Assembly (NCBI GenBank): GCA_051362555.1
Contig: CM120640.1
Coordinates: forward strand, 3,968,001-4,032,000
Length of the DNA: 64,000 bases
Direction: 5' to 3'
DNA from: Lingula anatina
Taxonomy: Eukaryota > Animalia > Brachiopoda
The translations under genes were made by a program, and so were the position numbers. The notes beneath the pieces were generated by a model. The model was not told the origin of the DNA. It searched no databases and saw only the letters and a list, made by a program, of their open reading frames with translations. Position 1 is the stretch's first letter; each line of letters starts with the position of its first letter. Positions 1 to 12,661 of this stretch are shown here, in pieces.

Positions 1-188
1 TTATAACATCTCTGCTTTTTTTAACAAAGTTTAGATGGAATTTTCAAATGGCTTTTTAATTAATTTAAATCATCATAAAAGCAAAAAAAGTTGAAATGAT
101 CACCAAAGTCCGTTTTTATATACATTATCAAAATGTGCATTTGTACAAGATCCATTTAGAATAGAAACCAAAACTAATTCAATTTCAG

Positions 189-1554
189 ATAACATACCTA
201 ATCCAATGCCTGGAGTTCAGATTTTCCTCCAAAACGCCCTTATTTTCTTTGGGTGAGTACAAACATCCTTTTATAAAGATTTCTATTGCTTATCTATTAG
301 CTGTTTATTTTTAGACATTGAATTAGATGCTTATGCTATTGCTAATGAAATATTTGTGCTGTGTAAACTGAGAGTAATTCAAATGAAAATTAGATAAAAT
401 GTGTAACTTGGAGCTTCATCCTCATTTTAATTAAAATGATGGTCCCATCTTTCTCACTGTAAACTTCTGTCATTTTTGGCTGTTAACATCTTGATCCTGT
501 TATTTCAGAGGTTTTGTGAAGTTTGGAATGCATTTAATATAACATCTTCATCTGGTTATTTCAGAGCTTTGATGATGAAGTTTGGAACTCATTTAATATA
601 ACATCTTCATCTTAATATTTCAGAGGTTTAGTGATGAAGTTTGGAATGCATTTCATATAGCATTTTTATCCCGTTATTTCAGAGGTTTGGTGAGAAAGTT
701 TGGAATCCATTTAACATAGCATCTTTATCCTGTTATTTCAGAGGTTTGGTGAGAAAGTTTGGAATCCATTTAACATAGCATCTTTACCCTGGTATTTCAG
801 AGGTTTGGTGAGAAAGTTTGGAATCCATTTAACATAGCATCTTTATCCTGTTATTTCAGAGGTTTGGTGAGAAAGTTTGGAATCCATTTAACATAGCATC
901 TTTACCCTGGTATTTCAGAGGTTTGGTGATGAAGTTTGGAATCCATTTAATATAGCATTTTTATCCCGTTATTTCAGAGGTTTGGTGATGAAGTTTGGAA
1001 TCCATTTAATATAGCATTTTTATCCCGTTATTTCAGAGGTTTGGTGATGAAGTTTGGAATCCATTTTATATAGCATTTTTATCCCATTATTTCAGAGGTT
1101 TGGTGATGAAGTTTGGAATCCATTTAATATAGCATTTTTATCCCGTTATTTCGGAGGTTTGGTTATGAAGTTTGGAATCCATTTAATATAGCATTTTTAT
1201 CCCGTTATTTCATAGGTTTGGTGATGAAGTTTGGAATCCATTTAATTTAGCATTTTTATCCCATTATTTCAGAGGTTTGGTGATGAAGTTTGGAATCCAT
1301 TTTATATAGCATTTTTATCCCATTATTTCAGAGGTTTGGTGATGAAGTTTGGAATCCATTTAATATAGCATTTTTATCCCGTTATTTCGGAGGTTTGGTG
1401 ATGAAGTTTGGAATCCATTTAATATAGCATTTTTATCCCGTTATTTCAGAGGTTTGGTGATGAAGTTTGGAATCCATTTAATATAGCATTTTTATCCCGT
1501 TATTTCAGAGGTTTGGTGATGAAGTTTGGAAGAACGGAAGATCTGTGGGGCTGA
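189..1554 (+). CDS. 3' end (last two coding exons, 189-252 and 1509-1554) of an unidentified gene entering from upstream of the window
   Basis: tttcag|...TTCTTTGG|gtgag exon joins in frame to ttatttcag|AGGTTTGGTGATG...TGA giving [41 protein letters not shown] signals follow (~1759, ~2055). Family not recognised. Confidence 0.6.
485..1531 (+). repeat. 59-bp minisatellite, 18 units, each containing a splice acceptor and the first ~22 nt of the terminal exon
   Basis: Unit ~TTATTTCAGAGGTTTGGTGATGAAGTTTGGAATCCATTTAATATAGCATTTTTATCCCG; unit core recurs at 562, 621, 680 ... 1506 (period 59), plus a diverged first unit at 506. Confidence 0.95.
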
Positions 1555-2147
1555 GGAGTTGTCAGGACAAACCACCAGATGTCACCTTCAGCTGGGATTA
1601 TTTATTAAATTATGTTTTTTAAGTGCAATGAGAAACTTATTGCAGTTCATTGAATTTGCAGGATCTTTAAATATAAACTAGGACCCAGCAAACTTCATAT
1701 AAAGGAGTAGAACTTGGGCATAGCAATCCTTCTTTTGTTAGTATTTATACATTTTACAAATAAAACAACGTAGCAAGTGTATTATGTTGTTGCATAAGGC
1801 ATGTCTGTCACGTACTGGTATGTTAATTCTTTTCTGTATCATATTTGCCGTCAGTTATCCTTTACCGTTTGAAATCTGTATAGATTCAAAGCTGTAAATA
1901 TTGAATGTTTTGGTGACTGAAAATTCGCATGGCAATTTTAGTCTACATTTCAGACTGTTTTCACTTTTTTCTTTATTGTTAAAGAACAGTCAACACTAGA
2001 GTGTAGTCTGTACGTGTGGATAAAATCTATTCTTAGTTTTATAAAACGTGTAAAATAAAAAATAAATACTCAATATTGTCTAGAGTTACAGTCTTTATGT
2101 CAAATTGTGCTGTGGATGTATATAATATTATTATTTAGTGGGATAGG

Positions 2148-3821
2148 TTAACTTGGTTCCGTTGGGGTGTAGCGCATTGGAGGACCTTGTGCCCGCGTGT
2201 TTAGGATATCCCTATTAGGGGGTATTTCTCTCCTTTTTGGTGCCGGTTTCTTCACTTTTCTAGGCTTTTGCACTGATACTGGATCACAATGAAGCTGCAC
2301 GTTGAAATTGAGAAGAATCGGTGGCATTGCTTCGATTGCTTGGAAGTTAATGTTGCGAGCATTGCATCGACCTAAGGTAGAAGTTTATGTAAATCAGGAA
2401 AATGTTTCTATCCCATAAGAAAGTGACAAAACTTAAAATAACAGTCTTTTAAGTCCTAATACCTTAAAGTCATTAATGTTGTATGTTACTGCTTTGTATT
2501 TTCAATCCTATAATGTATACGTGGCCGATCAACACGTAAGTAAAATATTTGAAAGATCTGTTTTGAAATATTTTTGTCTCTTTTTTAATTAAAAAAGATA
2601 TATACCTGTATCATTCAACCTTCCTTAAGGTGCTATTGAGGAAATTTGTACAAAACAAAAATTTCAGGGTTAAATCTTACCTGTTATCACTACGTTGATG
2701 GCTCCGTCTTGCCAGTGTGCTTTCGCGTGAAGCTCCTGTGGAATACTGGGAAATTGACATGTCGATCTGGCAGCGGTTTTGGTTATTGCAGCGTTTTTCT
2801 GACACGTTCCATTGACTTGGGTATCATGAGCCGAGAGAGGTCGATCTCGTGGTTTCTTGACATTTCTTGGTTTCTTTTCGGCTGTTTTCTCAATTACGAC
2901 AGGCGCATCAACTAGAGCAAATGGTTTCGGTATAAGTTTTTCTTCTGTTGCTCTTGAATCTTTGTTCTTGGAGGAGGCTTTTTGTTTATGTTTCTTTTTA
3001 GCACTTTTGGCAGTCATCTCACTTTGTGGTTTACTTGGTGTTGAATTCTTGTCTATTGGTGGCAACCGAAAAGAATCCCTTCTCGGCTCAGGATCATAGT
3101 AGACGTACAGCATGTCGGAATCGGTGACGGGCGGATAGTGCTCCATCGGACTGAGTCTCCGATTAGATATTTTTCTTTTGTTGTGTTGAGGGCCTAAGTG
3201 AGACTGTGTGCTCTTAAAACTGTATGCGCTGATCACATTTGAAGAGAAGGCAGTACTCAAAGAAGCATTATTTCCGATAGCCTCTATTTCTTCAAAATCG
3301 CTCTCGTATTCGGTGTCGTTTTCGCTGCTTGAGCTTTCATCTTCTTCGCTACAACTTCTGCTTCTATTATGTTTGTAGGTAATACATTTAACATCTGAGG
3401 GTATATACATGTAGGTATAACAGCTGACATTTTTGAGAGATCCCGCAGTGTCGGCAGATGAATTTTTACTCGATGCCTTGTTACCATTTTGATGTTCCTT
3501 GCTTCTTTCTGAACGAACGGCGCTCTTCTTCTCAGATAGAGCTTTTTCCGATCTCTCTCGAGATTTGGCGGGTTTAGAAAGTGTACCCGATTTAATTTCA
3601 GGCTGTCCAGCACTCAGTTCATGCTGATAAACTTTGGAGGTATGATGGTAACTAGAATATCTTGAGACTGTTTCTGCATTGCCTTCATAGTCTTGCACTC
3701 CCGAGGTACTTGCTGATTCACGATCATGTACTTCCTTTTCGATGCTATGATTCCGCCTATTTCTTGGGATGTTTTGGGCGTAAAAATCAAGGAAGGAATC
3801 GTCATCTTCCATATTGTACAT
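2148..3821 (-). CDS. Uncharacterised Ser/Lys/Glu-rich, probably disordered protein; 2 exons (3821 or 3893-2681; 2371-2148)
   Basis: 407-aa ORF has a strong donor ACAG|GTAAGA at 2681/2680; acceptor ccttag| at 2372 continues in frame GRCNARNINFQAIEAMPP...PTEPS*. No recognisable domain. Confidence 0.7.
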
Positions 3822-3861
3822 GTGTCGGTTGCTTGTTGTGATGATAGTTGTTGTCCTTAGT

Positions 3862-4135
3862 AACGTCAGTGACGTGAAAAAATGAAACGTCATAGCGAGA
3901 GCTACGTAAACTTACGTTGTACAAATGTTTAACGTTATGGTAGACTTTGAGTCACACCTGGAATCGCAGTTTCATTAAGTCATACGCTAAATTCCGTCTA
4001 AATAGGTATTTCTTTCAACAAAACTAAATTGCACCATCTCTTTAAATATTTTTTTGAATGTGTCGATTGCGTAATATTGTGATTACCAACGTCAGTGACG
4101 TAAATAAAGCAAACGTAACTTAGAATGACTACGTA
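3862..4135. promoter_or_regulatory. Duplicated ~50-bp module of CRE-like sites (palindrome ACGTCAGTGACGT plus extra ACGT cores) at the 5' end of the orphan gene
   Basis: AACGTCAGTGACGT at ~3862 and ~4088, each followed by AAACGT and CTACGTA at similar spacing. Confidence 0.45.
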
Positions 4136-4327
4136 TTTAAACCTCTAGCGCATGGCTCTGTGTATAAACAAACTCACGCAAATTACTATAGTTACCGTAA
4201 CTTGAGAAGGAAAGTATACTTAATTATCAAGGGAATAGAATTTTTATCAGTTTTTGCTAATGTCAAAATGATGATAATAATCTTTTCAATTTGTGAAATA
4301 CATATAAAAGTTGACAACTTATCTTCT

Positions 4328-4364
<37 letters not shown>

Positions 4365-5421
4365 ACCTTTGCATCAGAATATATAAAATAAGCATTTAGA
4401 GCTGCAGCCAAAGGAAAGTGTCTAATCCAAATGAGATGGGTTTTGGGTGTATTTTAACGTTGTGTGTTAAACCGTCCTTCCCTGGTTTTTATCGAAAGAA
4501 AAAAAAAATGGATTTTACTGATGTTAGGTGCAACTTTCTGAATGTTACAAAATTACATTACGTCTTTTCAAAATCCTAAAATGGTAGTCGAGTCTGAAAG
4601 AATCTTTTGTAGTGCCTTTGATGTTTTGGGAATGGGGTAGCAGTTTTAGGATAGTTGGTCTTCACACAATAAATAAATAAATAAATAAATAAGAATAGTG
4701 AAGGTCTGTTACAAAATGTTAAATGGCACACAGAGTAATTTTGTAAAGACCTACTGTTTTAGGGGGTCTTGATATCAGAGTGTAGATTTAATTTATGGTC
4801 GTTTTTTTAACAAGTGCATATTCAGTTGACTATCGCATCTTATTGAATGCGGGCGCCTAAACACTGTTTAAAAAAAATGTTTTCTCCTTTTTAACTAGGG
4901 GTTGGTATAGCTGATTTAACATAGGGTGAAAATATATATATTCATCTAAACGGTAGCCATATGTTTGATTTACGCTTCCTATTTTTGTGGATTTAAACGT
5001 CTTTTGGACCCCCCTTTTTTTTGACGTCATACACGTAAAAATGAATAGACCCGAACAATTAAGCAGGCCTATTTGTAGGCCCCTGTCACTTGCCTATTCT
5101 GCCAAAGTTTGTGTGGGGAAGGGAGCGAGGTATGGAATTTTTAAAAAATGCCGAGCGTGGCATAGGGGCCTGTTCATGCAGTTGCACGAAATTATTCCGC
5201 TCATAAACATCGATTCGCAGTTTGTCTTATTTGATAAGATACATGTACTTGATTTTTTTCTCTTACATTGTCTTGTAGGCCCCTACACTGTATCAACTCC
5301 TAATAAGCTCTAGGATCAAACTAAGATCCCATATAAAAACCTAGGAACAAACATACACGTAAATAGAGAAACGTTATTTGTCTGTCATGACCGTGGCGAT
5401 ACACGTACGCTTTATGCGGTT

Positions 5422-5423
<2 letters not shown>

Positions 5424-5454
<31 letters not shown>
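5424..5454. repeat. (GT)n microsatellite
   Basis: Direct read. Confidence 0.95.
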
Positions 5455-5457
<3 letters not shown>

Positions 5458-5781
5458 TGCGAGTGCTTTCTCTCAGTGTGTACGACTCAAGGTATTCTAG
5501 CATATATCGCTCAGGTGACAGTGCATTATCTCACATTTAAAACATGGAATTTGTTGAATCCTAGTAATTTGCTGTGCTCTGCTTGGGAACACAACACTGT
5601 TGCATCGATGTTGATGTATTGCTTTTTTTAAACACACCTTGTCATGGTTTTGTTGTAGATAATTTGTTAGTTTTGTGATCAAGCTTGATATTTCTAATTT
5701 TCTGAATTCTAAACGTGCCAGAAATTAAGCACTCAAAGGGCATGAGCTATTATACAAAAGTTCTACGATAATAATGCAAAT

Positions 5782-8700
5782 ATGGTATTGCCCATAAGGA
5801 TGTATTGTAAGCTCGTTTCTAGCTGTACTGGCAAGATTCTTAGGAATGGTGTGAGCTGGACCAAACCTGAAGTTATTTTGTCACAATGTAATAAGCGGAC
5901 ATATACGACAGATACCATGTAAGTATCAGCTATAGCAATGATAGTATAAATTTACAATTTGGTTTAATATTTTCACCTAGTTGATGGCGGGTGTTTGAGC
6001 AGTGTTAGGTAAATTTTGCCGTGACGGAGATAATTAAGTAGGTATATCAGAAAATTTTTCAAACTGATCAGAAAATTATTATACTTATATCTTCTGAAAG
6101 GTAATACAAAAAACAGATTAATTCTTTTGGAATTTTTAAAATATTCCTACAAGCAACAAAGATATTGAAGTTTTTTAACTGCAAAAATTCACCAAAAGTG
6201 TCCACACTTTTCAGCAGTGATCACTCAGCGATAGCTGCAGCTCAAATTGCTTGTGACCAATTAGGGCAATTAGGGGTCTATGTTAATCTAATGACCCGGA
6301 AAAAAACCAAATTGGCGACCGCACAAGCACATGGCTTCCATGCAGATCATGTACTATAAATATTGCGCATCAAATAAACTATACTTTGCATGGTTCAATT
6401 TTCATGATTTTTTGCCATAATATTGCAAATTTCATGAACTTTACATGGCATAAATTACAAAAACTTCCATGCAGTACTTATATGAAATTTTAAACATTTT
6501 GTCAAGGCAAAACTTCAAAACGTCCTCAAATCAAAGTTCTCTAAGACTGCAACACGGAAAAATCACATGACCGTTATTTACTCTTTGACTTACAGCTTAT
6601 TTAGTAAATGGCTTGTATTAGTTTATTTACAAGGTGCTAAAAGAGGGATTTAAAAAAGGAATGTCATAGGCGAGCTGTTAGCAGGCCAGTCTCGGTTTTG
6701 CACTTCACTGCCCCTGGATAGTTACTACTGTGGCACCCCTAGCGGATTGTGATATACCTAAATTAAGTCATTTGTTTCTTCTCATTCAGTTGGGAGGAAA
6801 TGGGCGTTGCTGAAACTCCTAAGCTGCAAGGGAACTACAGAAAAGGACAGGTAAACTTATAAACTGATGTTATTATTTGTCTGTTTTATTTGATTTTCTG
6901 GTACTTCGTACATGACAATCTAGCTGAATTGCTTTAATTTAGTTAGAAAAAGATTAACCAACACTTATGTAACAGAAAAGAATAATACATGTGAGTAGTG
7001 CTTTGTACATTTTTTTGTATATGTAAAAGTGGTTTCTTAGTCACAGTAAGCATTACCTGAAGAGCCTTTAAAATGGAAAATTAAATTATATTAAACAAAG
7101 GAAGAATGTTATGCTTTGTCTTTATCAATATATAAATACATACATACATTTTTTTTTCATCTTAGCATTTTATTCACAAAGTGCTAGGATACAGAGGAGT
7201 AGTGATACGTTCCTTTACACCTGAAGTCTTTGAGAGCAGCGTATTAAACAGCACCCTTGACAGGTGGATATCACTAGGCAATAGCTTGCATTTATTTCTG
7301 CTCATTTGAAATACTACTCAATTTAGCAAACAGATTGTTTTTTGATGAAAAAAACAGCATTTTCTTTTTTCTCTCTGTGCTTGTGTAAATACCCTTCAGC
7401 CTTAAACCATAACATCTGTATCCTTTTAACAAACTAAATATAGAGCAAAAGTAATACTGAGTATGCAGTTTTCTTGTTTATTATTGCAATTTATAAATCA
7501 GTATCATATATGGGAAGTTCCAATAAATTAATTTTAAAATGTCATGTATTTATTTTTAATAGTTCATATAAATTATTTGGCAAGTGTCAATATTCATCAT
7601 CAATGTTGAGAAAATGCCTATAATTCTGGAATATTTTTTTCCACTGATTTTTTTTTAGCTGCAGAGAAACTATCCATGCAGGCTCAACAGTGACTGGCAA
7701 ACCACATAAATATTATCTTGCCTTAGTGGACAGATGTGACCTGGATGTGAGTACTCCATAGGATGTGCATATAACTAACTCATCAGGGTTGCAAATAACT
7801 GCTCATCCCAAAGTTCTTGATGGTCTTACTTATAATCTTGCACATAGTGACAAAATAATAATTTGATGGTATTGGTGGTGATTTAGTAGAGCCTATTAAA
7901 CAGGAGTTGCCCTATTCTAGCTCTGGCTTTGATAGTGTATGAAAAGATATAATCATTAAAGGTGGGTGGGTGGGGAAAAAACTTGGCTTTTCAGGAAGCC
8001 TTGGTTTTCAGTGGCCCTTTACTCCCCCACCCCTCCATTTGTGTTTATGTCACGTGACATACGCGTGATTATGAAATAATTGTATCACCAGCATTGGTGC
8101 TGGCAGCATGGTGGTAGTTTTACAACCAATACAAAATGTCAAATATTCATTAAGGGAACAAGAGACATTCAGAAGACCTAAAATTAAAACCAAACGATCT
8201 ATGAGTGACTTTTTAACCAGTGCGATATACAAGTTCCAAAATTGACTGATAGACTTTTATTTCATTTTTAACCTTGCATTTTAGCTATTTGTTTTAAATT
8301 TATTCACACGTCTCTTGATATTCCTTTATTCTTATTCACTAGTGGTTTAATATAACTATGATGCAAAGAATGTATTTATCCAACCCTCGAGTTGCAAATT
8401 TGATGATAATAATAATTTGAAATTTGGTTAGTTCTGACCCATCTCGTCTTCGCTGCTGCCACATGACCTTTACCGCTTCTTCTTGACTACAAGCCCATGT
8501 TTCACCATCTCTTGGATTTAGGTCACAAATAATCTCAACTTGATTTACCTAAATTTGAGGGTCTGTCGGTGCATTGGCCTGGGTGTGACATTTGTTGCAA
8601 TGTACCCTTGTCCGAATTTTGAAAAATTAAATGCTTAATATCTCCAATGTCAGAGGAACTATGGGAAAAGTTACTATAGAAGTCTTACTGAAAGTCATAT

Positions 8701-11700
8701 GTGGAGATTTCAAATATGGATTTGACCTTAATTCAAGGTAAAATGGGCCTAAATTGTGTAAAAATGGGAATTTTCTGTGAAAAAAATATTTGTTTGTGCC
8801 AGTTTTCAGAAACTACATGGACCTAAGCTTTCATATTATAGTGTAGAGTTACGCTTGGGATCTTCTTCCACTCTTTGATTTCCGTCATGTGAGTTTGGGT
8901 TTGATTGGTGGATTATCACAGGAGAAGCAGCCAATGCATACTGAAACTGAAAACTATAATTTTTAATTTCAAGTAGTCAATGAAGAAGCATAAATCTTGT
9001 TGCCTTGGTAATTTCATTCATGGTGCCAAGTTTGTTCCTCATTCCAAAATTATAGTAGTTTACTGAAACATAATATAAGTTAGGGATTTCTGTTTCATAC
9101 TATATACAGTTATTTCTGTGATATATTATATTTTACACCCACCACTGACCAATTTACTGTGCAGTGTGTTTTCATAATCCAATTTTATGTCAATATTTAA
9201 TGCTCTTACAAATTGCAATTCAAGTCCTAAAACTTTTACAGCAAAGGCTAGTGTATAACACAAATTTTGAAAGGTATCAAGTTATTCACTTAATTGACAA
9301 GTTGAGTTAATTTAGATGATTTATGTCATGTTTTTGTTGATTTTCAGCTTGCTGATTTTGGTTCTTTATTTACTGGAAGCAAGATTTTACAGCTTGAAGG
9401 TATTTCTGATCAATACGAAACTTTATGAAATCTTAATTGCAATTTTATTTTATAATTAAGTATACCCTGAAATTTTATAGCACATAGGTATTATAAATTA
9501 ATATAAAGTATTAAGTTATTTAACTAACATTATTTAAACATTTATGCAAAATATTGCAACATTTGTCCGAGTTTAGTTTTGTTTCTGATTTTCAGGACTT
9601 GACTATGTTAGCCATGATGAAATCTTTCCCTACAAAGATACTAATGTAAAAAATCCGGTGGAACATGTAAACTTGCAGGATTTATTGAGTTTTGATTTAG
9701 AATCAGGTAAGAGGAAGAGAAAAATACAGAACATAAAGTTCCAAATATTGTACAGAATAAAACCCTGACTTGGTTCCGTTAGTGACGTCAGAAGCTTACC
9801 CTGTTTATTTTATATCATATCAGAAATCCAGAATTAAATCCACATTGACTTCACCAAGCCCTCAAATATTGAACAAAACCTAGATAATGATTCCAATTTG
9901 GTAATAAATGATTGATAACACCCATAGCTTGAAGGTAATCTGTCACTTTTTGTTGTACATCCTATATGGTTTTCTTTTTAATAATATGTATTTAAAAAGA
10001 CATAACTGATAATAGGTAATCCCTGTTGTAATTTAGGGGTGTAATTTTTGGTTCAGGAATTAGAGATGGGTGAAACTGTCACCATGAGATTTATGTTGTG
10101 TAAGATTATATGTTAATTCAGAGAAGAATTTCATCAGCTGTGTAATTTTTTAGGCAGGGCTTGACATTAAAGGTGGCCCACTGGCCCTGGGCCAATGAAA
10201 ACCAACCTAGGGCCATTGAATCGAAGGGGTCACTGGCCCAAAGTGCAAGTAAAATATCATGTGCCAAATCATCCTTGCAATATTTACCAATATCTTGGGC
10301 CAGTCCCAAAAAGTTTGTGTCAAGCCCTGTTAGGGGAAAGTGATTTTCTTCAAATCAACAGCTCATACTGAAATAATGATAAAGATGCTCTAGACATTGA
10401 AATATTTGAGGTAAACAATTTCAGTGTTAGTTCTTTATCAAAAATCACTGTATTTCACATTTTTCTAACCTGAAGTAATCTTATGGTATTTTTGATGCAG
10501 TTCAGCCACACCACTTATTCAAACCTGAAGAACTGATTGCAAAAGAGAGGAAAAGACTAAAGCTGCACTTAGTATACAGAGAATCAGCACAAAATATCAA
10601 AATGTCATTTATGCCAGTGTATTTAGGAGAAATCAATGAAAAGGTATGCTACATTGAGTTAATATGCCTCCATCCATAAAGTACAAATTTGACACAGGTA
10701 TAACATATATTATTATCAGATTTTTTAAATTCATAATGCTAGTTAAGTGTTCAATGAAATATATATTTGTGGTGAGTCAGCTTTTTTTGCATTTAATTTT
10801 TGTGTATTAACATAACTTTTTTGTATCAATTTCAGTTAAAATGCGAAAATGTGGTATGTATACTTGTTACTGAAATATCCAAGTAACTTTGGAAGGAATC
10901 TTTTATCAGATACCTGTTTAAAGAGCTTAAATAAACTGATATCTGTCAACAGAAAAATAAATATTATAGTATTATTTTAAACACAGGTTTGCATATTAAA
11001 TTTAAGTGCTTCTTTCATAAGCTTGATTTGATATGTGTTTATTTGCAGTGGAGGCTAATTATAAGGATAGAGAATTTAGGTGAAGAAGAGCTACTTTTAG
11101 AAAAACAGGACTATAGAGTTTCATTTGTTGGGCCAGATTCACCACTCCAAGTCAGAAGGGTGCTATTTGACAAAGTGTTTTACCACAATAGTGTAAATAC
11201 CTTTATTTTATTTATTCATGTTTGAAAACTGCCTATGTGCCTTGTATACCAAGTTACACTTTAATACATTTTATACACTTAAAGGGATTACAACTCTTCG
11301 TTTTGGCCAAAAAATGAATTTTCCTGGAGTAAACTATAATTTTCTAATAATTACCAATGGTTAATGAATCCATTTTCACTTTCAAAGTTAGTCCCCGTTT
11401 TTTTCCAAAGTTTTTTTTTGTTATAATCTCTTAAGAGATTATAACAGGATATAGCCATCAATGGAGGTCATGTGCATGGTCTAAAGACAAGCTCAGATAT
11501 CAGAATAAATAGCTATAACTGCCATATTTGTGGTAAAACAGAATATATTATATTTCTGTGAGTTGTTCACAATGTTTTTATCGTGAAATATAGATATCAT
11601 ACGAAGAGTTATTATCCCTTTAAATACATACATTCAGTCATTTGTATTTTCACGAAAAAAAAACTAAAGAAATCATTTCAGAGGAATCATTGAATAACAA

Positions 11701-12110
11701 ATTGTTTGTGAAGATTATTTATTTCTTTTTAAGCATATTAAACCTTGGCTTACAAAGGAAAGGCCTGCTATCCAGTTTAACAATACAATTATTGACTCCA
11801 ATTCATCAGGTGAAATTTGGTAAGTACCACTTCTGTATATAAATGAAAATATGTTTAATAATTATGTAATTATGTATATAATAATTATGTAGTGCTTGTG
11901 TTTCAGTTAAGTTTGTAAATTTGTAATTATTAAAGAGCATTCATTGTTCCATATTAGACATCTTCTTAATGCTTTTCACATCAATCACACTGAACTTGCA
12001 CACATTATTTGTTTTCTTTTTCATCTTTCAGGGGAACTATCACATTCAAAAGTGATAAAGGAAGCATATTAGACTTCAAAGTACCAAAAATCTCCATGGA
12101 ATCCAGATAG
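5782..12110 (+). CDS. POLDIP2: POLDIP2-like protein A (YccV-like + ApaG domains), strongly diverged, ~11 exons
   Basis: Exons ~5782-5918, 6790-6850, 7166-7263, 7659-7746, 9348-9399, 9596-9706, 10501-10643, 10836-10853, 11049-~11170, 11733-11819, 12032-12110 translate to motifs PKLQGNYRKGQHFIHKVLGYRGVV, KYYLALVDRCD, GLDYVSHDEIFPY, WRLIIRIENL, PAIQF, GEIWGTITF...DFKVPKISMES matching POLDIP2; basic presequence-like N-terminus. Confidence 0.88.
6039..6760. mobile_element. Non-autonomous DNA transposon in intron 1 of POLDIP2-like A
   Basis: TIRs TAGGTATATCA...TGATATACCTA flanked on both sides by 7-bp AATTAAG (6032-6038, 6761-6767). Confidence 0.6.
8430..8960 (+). mobile_element. Degenerate 5' fragment of the HINE family seen at 60760-63665
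   Basis: Shares colinear blocks (ttaccgcttct, ggatttaggtcac, aaattaaatgct, aaagtcatatgtg, ttcaaggt.aaatgggcc) with 60850-61330. Confidence 0.75.
10155..10329. mobile_element. hAT-like MITE
   Basis: TIRs CAGGGCTTGACA...TGTCAAGCCCTG; only TTAGG is duplicated at the flanks. Confidence 0.65.
11283..11619. mobile_element. 337-bp Kolobok-type MITE (TTAA target site), copy 1
   Basis: TTAA|AGGGATTACAACTCTTCGT...ACGAAGAGTTATTATCCCT|TTAA; same-length inverted copy at 55882-56218. Confidence 0.85.
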
Positions 12111-12661
12111 GGGCACTTTACATTGTATGGAACACTTATGCTTACAAATGGCACTATTTAAAAAACATTATTGTACCTGACAGTCTGTTTCTACCCTATT
12201 TATATTGACAAAATGCTGCACTTATTGTTAAGTATCAAGCCAAAATTGTTACATTTGATTCATATTCATTTTTAAAAGAAGTAACACATACAGCGGTAGC
12301 AATGTTATGCAGATTGTTGTTTAACATTTAAAAGTTACAAAATGAATGAGTCAAAAAAGTGTTTTTGTTTTTTCATATATCTTGAATAACGTGGCAGCTT
12401 GAATACAAATGCAAACAGGCTTCAATGTCATTATAACATATATATTTCAAGTAGTAAGGTCAAATGAACAATTTTTTCAAAACAATGAGCTTTCAGCATG
12501 AGCTTTTAAACATGAAATATATCATGTTACAACTGAGACCTGTTTATTGTAAAGATAATTTGGCCTTGTGCCCACTTATTGTAAAAAAATTCTTGCAGTT
12601 TAACCTTTGCTCCCTTCCCCCTTCCGCAAAAATTGCATGTCACTAAATTTCATGCTTTTGC

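Noticed and set aside
485-1531. Regular short repeats resembling a CRISPR array (also 53308-53479)
   Set aside because: Head-to-tail units with no unique spacers, no cas genes, eukaryotic intronic context.
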